DNA from: Thiobacillus sp. UBA2597
GTDB taxonomy: Bacteria > Pseudomonadota > Gammaproteobacteria > Burkholderiales > Thiobacillaceae
DNA length: 64,000 nt
Direction: 5' to 3'
NCBI GenBank assembly: GCA_002339725.1
Contig: DDKN01000001.1
Span: forward strand, 173 to 64,172
Numbering within the stretch: the first letter of the stretch is position 1; every line of letters starts with the position of its first letter. The notes below the pieces were generated by a model, which was given only the letters and a program-made list of their open reading frames with translations, was not told the DNA's origin and did not search any database. This document shows, piece by piece, positions 61,038-64,000 of the stretch. The translations under genes were made by a program, and so were the position numbers.

Positions 61038-62420
61038 TCATTTCTCTTCCGGCGACATCAGCTCCGGCGCCTGCAACTGGCGCGGCACCGCGTCCACCGG
61101 GGCCGGCGCTGCGATCTCCCGGGTCTCGGAGGCGGCCTGCAATTCCTGGAAACGGCGGGCGCTGACCAGCACGCGCGATTCGAGCGAGGCGGTGGCCTTG
61201 TTGTAGGCCTCGGTCGCCTGCATGAGGTTCTTGCCCACGCTGGACCAGTGATTGGCCATCACGCCCAGGCGCTCGTACAGCTCGCGGCCCAGTTCGCTGA
61301 TCCGGCGCGCGTTCTCGGCCAGGTTCTCCTGACGCCAGCCGAAATACACCGCCTTCAAGAGCGCCAGCAGCGTGGTCGGCGTGGCGAGGATCACCTTGTG
61401 CTCGTTGGCGTATTCGATCAGCTGCGGGTCTTCCTGCAACGCGGCGCTGAAGAAGGCCTCGCCCGGCAGGAACAGCACCACGAACTCGGGCGAGGGCTGG
61501 AACTGGTCCCAATAGCTCTTGGCGCCCAGGGCCTGAATGTGCTCTTTGACATGGCGCGCGAACTGCTTGATGTGACGCAGGCGCGCCTCGTCGCTTTCGC
61601 TCTCGGCCGCCTCCAGAAAGGCGGCGATCGGCGCCTTGGAGTCGAGCACCACGCTCTTGCCGCCGGGCAGCTTGACCAGCATGTCCGGCCGCTGGCGCCG
61701 GCCCTCGCTTTCGGCCGACTCCTGCTCGAAGAAATCGCAATGGGCCTGCATGCCGGCCATCTCGACCACGCGCCTGAGCTGCACCTCGCCCCAGCGGCCG
61801 CGCACCTCGGGGCGGTGCAGGGCGCGCACCAGGCGGCCGGTCTCCTGCTTGAGCCCCTCCTGCGCCGTCATCAGGCTTTTCACCTGCTCGGTCAGGCTGG
61901 CATAGGCGCCGGCGCGTTGACGCTCGATCTCCTGGGTCTGCTGCCCCAGCTTTTCCAGGGCCTCGTGGATGGGTTTGACCAGGCTGTCGACCGCCTGGCG
62001 CCGCGCCTCGAGGTCGCCCTTGGCCGCCTCCTGGAAGGTGGCGAGGTTCTGCCGGGCCAATTCGAGAAAGCTCTGGTTGTTGCTTTTGAGCGCCTCGGCC
62101 GACAGGGCCTGGAAGGCGTCGGCCAGCTTCTTTTCGGCGCCTTCCAGCAGGGCCAGCTTCTCGGCGGCGGCGGCCTGCTCGGCCTCCAGCTGCGCGGCGA
62201 GTCGGGCGGCCTGTGCCTTGAGCTCGGCCGCTTCGCTTTGCAGCCTCTCGAGCAGCGCCTCGCGCCCGGCCTGGCTGCGCCGCGCCTCGTCGAGAGAGCG
62301 CTCGGCCTGCTCGGCCCGGGCCTGCAATGCCGCCCGCTCGGCCAGCGCGCGACCGCGCAGCCAGAGCAGACCGGCCAGGCCGATCAAAAAACCGATGAGG
62401 AAGGCGATGGCGAGTTCCAT
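61038..62420 (-). CDS. rmuC: DNA recombination protein RmuC
   Basis: N-terminal TM helix, a long coiled coil, and the RmuC nuclease-like C-terminal domain. Confidence 0.88.
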   Translation of the reverse strand: MELAIAFLIGFLIGLAGLLWLRGRALAERAALQARAEQAERSLDEARRSQAGREALLERLQSEAAELKAQAARLAAQLEAEQAAAAEKLALLEGAEKKLADAFQALSAEALKSNNQSFLELARQNLATFQEAAKGDLEARRQAVDSLVKPIHEALEKLGQQTQEIERQRAGAYASLTEQVKSLMTAQEGLKQETGRLVRALHRPEVRGRWGEVQLRRVVEMAGMQAHCDFFEQESAESEGRRQRPDMLVKLPGGKSVVLDSKAPIAAFLEAAESESDEARLRHIKQFARHVKEHIQALGAKSYWDQFQPSPEFVVLFLPGEAFFSAALQEDPQLIEYANEHKVILATPTTLLALLKAVYFGWRQENLAENARRISELGRELYERLGVMANHWSSVGKNLMQATEAYNKATASLESRVLVSARRFQELQAASETREIAAPAPVDAVPRQLQAPELMSPEEK

Positions 62421-62492
62421 CCGTGTTTATTCCTTTGTTGGACAGGCCGATGATACCGGGGCGCTGCAGTTTCAAGAAATCGAAAACCAGTT

Positions 62493-62656
62493 AACCGCAA
62501 AGGCGCAAAGGACACGAAGAAAACCAGATCAAGGTAAAAAAATTCCCCACCCCTACCCTCCCCACAAGTGGGGAGGGAGCACCCCTCCCCCATTTATGGG
62601 GGAGGCTGGGAGGGGGAAATGGAAATGCTCTTCGTGTCCTTTGCGCCTTTGCGGTT
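62493..62656. repeat. Composite MITE-like palindromic element: perfect 28-bp inverted repeats flanking a double-hairpin core
   Basis: AACCGCAAAGGCGCAAAGGACACGAAGA (62493-62520) and its exact reverse complement (62629-62656). The core at 62542-62617 holds CCCTCCCCAC-AA-GTGGGGAGGG and CCTCCCCCAT-TT-ATGGGGGAGG. Confidence 0.8.
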
Positions 62657-62670
62657 CAAAATGGTTCGAA

Positions 62671-63909
62671 TCACTCGTAGCGCAAAGCCTCCACCGGCGA
62701 CAGGCCGGCGCCGCGCCGGGCCGGATACCAGCCGAAGAAGATGCCGATGCCGGCGGCGAAGGCGAAGGCGAGCAAAATCGAGCCCAAAGTCACCACCACG
62801 GTCATGCCGGCCGTGGCGCTCATGAGCCAGGCGCCGCCGACCCCGAGCAGCACACCGATCAGGCCACCGGCGACGCAGATGATCACCGCCTCGAGCAGAA
62901 ACTGGACCAGGATGTCGCGCCGGCGCGCGCCGACCGCCATCCGGATGCCGATCTCGCGGGTGCGCTCGGTGACCGAGACCAGCATGATGTTCATGATGCC
63001 GATGCCGCCGACCAGAAGCGAGATCGAGGCGATGGCACCGAGCATGAAGGACATGGCCTTGGCCGAGGCGGCTTCGGCCTCGGCCGAGGCGGTGAGGTTG
63101 CGGATGGTGAAGTCGTTCTCGGCCCGCTCGCCCAGACGGTGGCGCTGACGCAAAAGCTGGGTCATCTCGCGTTCGGCCTCCTCCATCATCTGGGACGAGA
63201 CCGCCTGCACCGAGATGAAACGCACCGTACCCGGGAAGGGGTTGCCGAACAGCTTGCGCTGGGCCGTGGTCACCGGAACCATGGCGGTGTCGTCCTGGTC
63301 GCGCCCGTCCAGGCTTTGCCCCTTGGCCTCCAACAGGCCGACCACCCGGAACGGGCTGTTCCGGATGCGCACCATCTTGCCGATCGGGTCTTCGTCGCCG
63401 AACAGGTTTTGCGCCACGGTCTTGCCCAGCACCACCACCCGGGTCGCACCGCGCACGTCGCTGTGGTCGAAGCTGTGGCCGGCCGCGAAGCTCCAGCCGC
63501 GCACCTCGAAGAAGGCCGGGGTCGAGCCGAAGACCACGGTACTCCAGTTGTTGGCGCCGTACACCATCTGGGCACTGCCCTGGAACACCGGCGCCGCCGC
63601 CTTGACCGAGGGCAGCTGGGCGATCGCCTCGGCGTCGCCCAGGGTAAGGGTGGGGATGGTGCCCGCCCCGGTGCGCAGACCGCCCGAGGTGCTGGCGCCG
63701 GAGAGCACGATGAAGAGGTTGCTGCCCATGGAAGCAATGGACTGCTCCACGGCCAGTTGGGCACCGCGGCCCACCGCCAGCATGAGCACCACCGCCGCCA
63801 CGCCGATCACCATGCCGAGCATGGCCAGCGCGGTGCGCATGCGGTTCATGGCCATGGCCCGCAGCGATTCGGCCAGCATGGCGCCGAGATTCACCAGCCG
63901 CAGGTTCAT
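62671..63909 (-). CDS. ABC transporter permease, MacB/FtsX family
   Basis: N-terminal TM helix, a periplasmic MacB_PCD-like domain and an FtsX C-terminus ending LRYE. Confidence 0.85.
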   Translation of the reverse strand: MNLRLVNLGAMLAESLRAMAMNRMRTALAMLGMVIGVAAVVLMLAVGRGAQLAVEQSIASMGSNLFIVLSGASTSGGLRTGAGTIPTLTLGDAEAIAQLPSVKAAAPVFQGSAQMVYGANNWSTVVFGSTPAFFEVRGWSFAAGHSFDHSDVRGATRVVVLGKTVAQNLFGDEDPIGKMVRIRNSPFRVVGLLEAKGQSLDGRDQDDTAMVPVTTAQRKLFGNPFPGTVRFISVQAVSSQMMEEAEREMTQLLRQRHRLGERAENDFTIRNLTASAEAEAASAKAMSFMLGAIASISLLVGGIGIMNIMLVSVTERTREIGIRMAVGARRRDILVQFLLEAVIICVAGGLIGVLLGVGGAWLMSATAGMTVVVTLGSILLAFAFAAGIGIFFGWYPARRGAGLSPVEALRYE

Positions 63910-64000
63910 GCCGGCCTCCCGTCTTCCACGATGCGGCCGTCGACGAAGCGCACCAGGCGCTGGGCGTAACGGGCGATATCGTGCTCGTGGGTGACCAGGA
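63906..64000 (-). CDS. ABC transporter ATP-binding protein, C-terminal fragment (runs off window)
   Basis: The reverse strand reads LVTHEHDIARYAQRLVRFVDGRIVEDGRPA-stop. ATGA overlap with the permease start. Confidence 0.7.
   Translation of the reverse strand, partial: LVTHEHDIARYAQRLVRFVDGRIVEDGRPA

Overview
High-GC chromosomal segment with proteobacterial gene content. My guess is a Rhodocyclales-like betaproteobacterium, at low confidence. About 58 protein-coding genes are tightly packed, and many adjacent genes share overlapping stop and start codons. I saw no rRNA, tRNA, CRISPR array, transposase, integrase or prophage genes.

Gene content from left to right:
- Copper module: a Tat-signal protein (probable multicopper oxidase), a TolC/CusC-like outer-membrane factor, a His-rich periplasmic protein, and divergent cusRS with a palindromic box between them.
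- Housekeeping genes: pgi, comEC, lolCD, tal, nfi, rhlE, tcdA, rmuC.
- A roughly 9.5-kb multi-step phosphorelay cluster that ends in an HD-GYP phosphodiesterase. Other c-di-GMP genes are scattered around it (EAL-CBS-GGDEF, GGDEF-EAL, PilZ, HDOD).
- Pyruvate:ferredoxin oxidoreductase with a DHOD-like partner gene.
- A hypF-hypE pair with no other hydrogenase genes in the window.

Most notable observations:
1. A five-gene, translationally coupled operon, Nudix / MBL nuclease / DUF72 / RtcA / DUF429. A DUF99 (EndoV-like) gene converges on it and nfi lies nearby. RtcB and RtcR are absent. I read this as a candidate uncharacterised nucleic-acid end-processing system.
2. A double-hairpin repeat of about 76 nt sits in-frame inside hypF. 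A homologous copy lies in an intergenic region, nested between perfect 28-bp inverted repeats.
3. A single-gene AT-rich islet encodes a cold-shock-domain fusion protein.
4. A receiver protein in the phosphorelay carries an unrecognised output domain of about 250 aa.

All calls come from reading the ORF translations and the DNA by eye. No searches were run. Coordinates of short motifs may be off by 1-2 nt.
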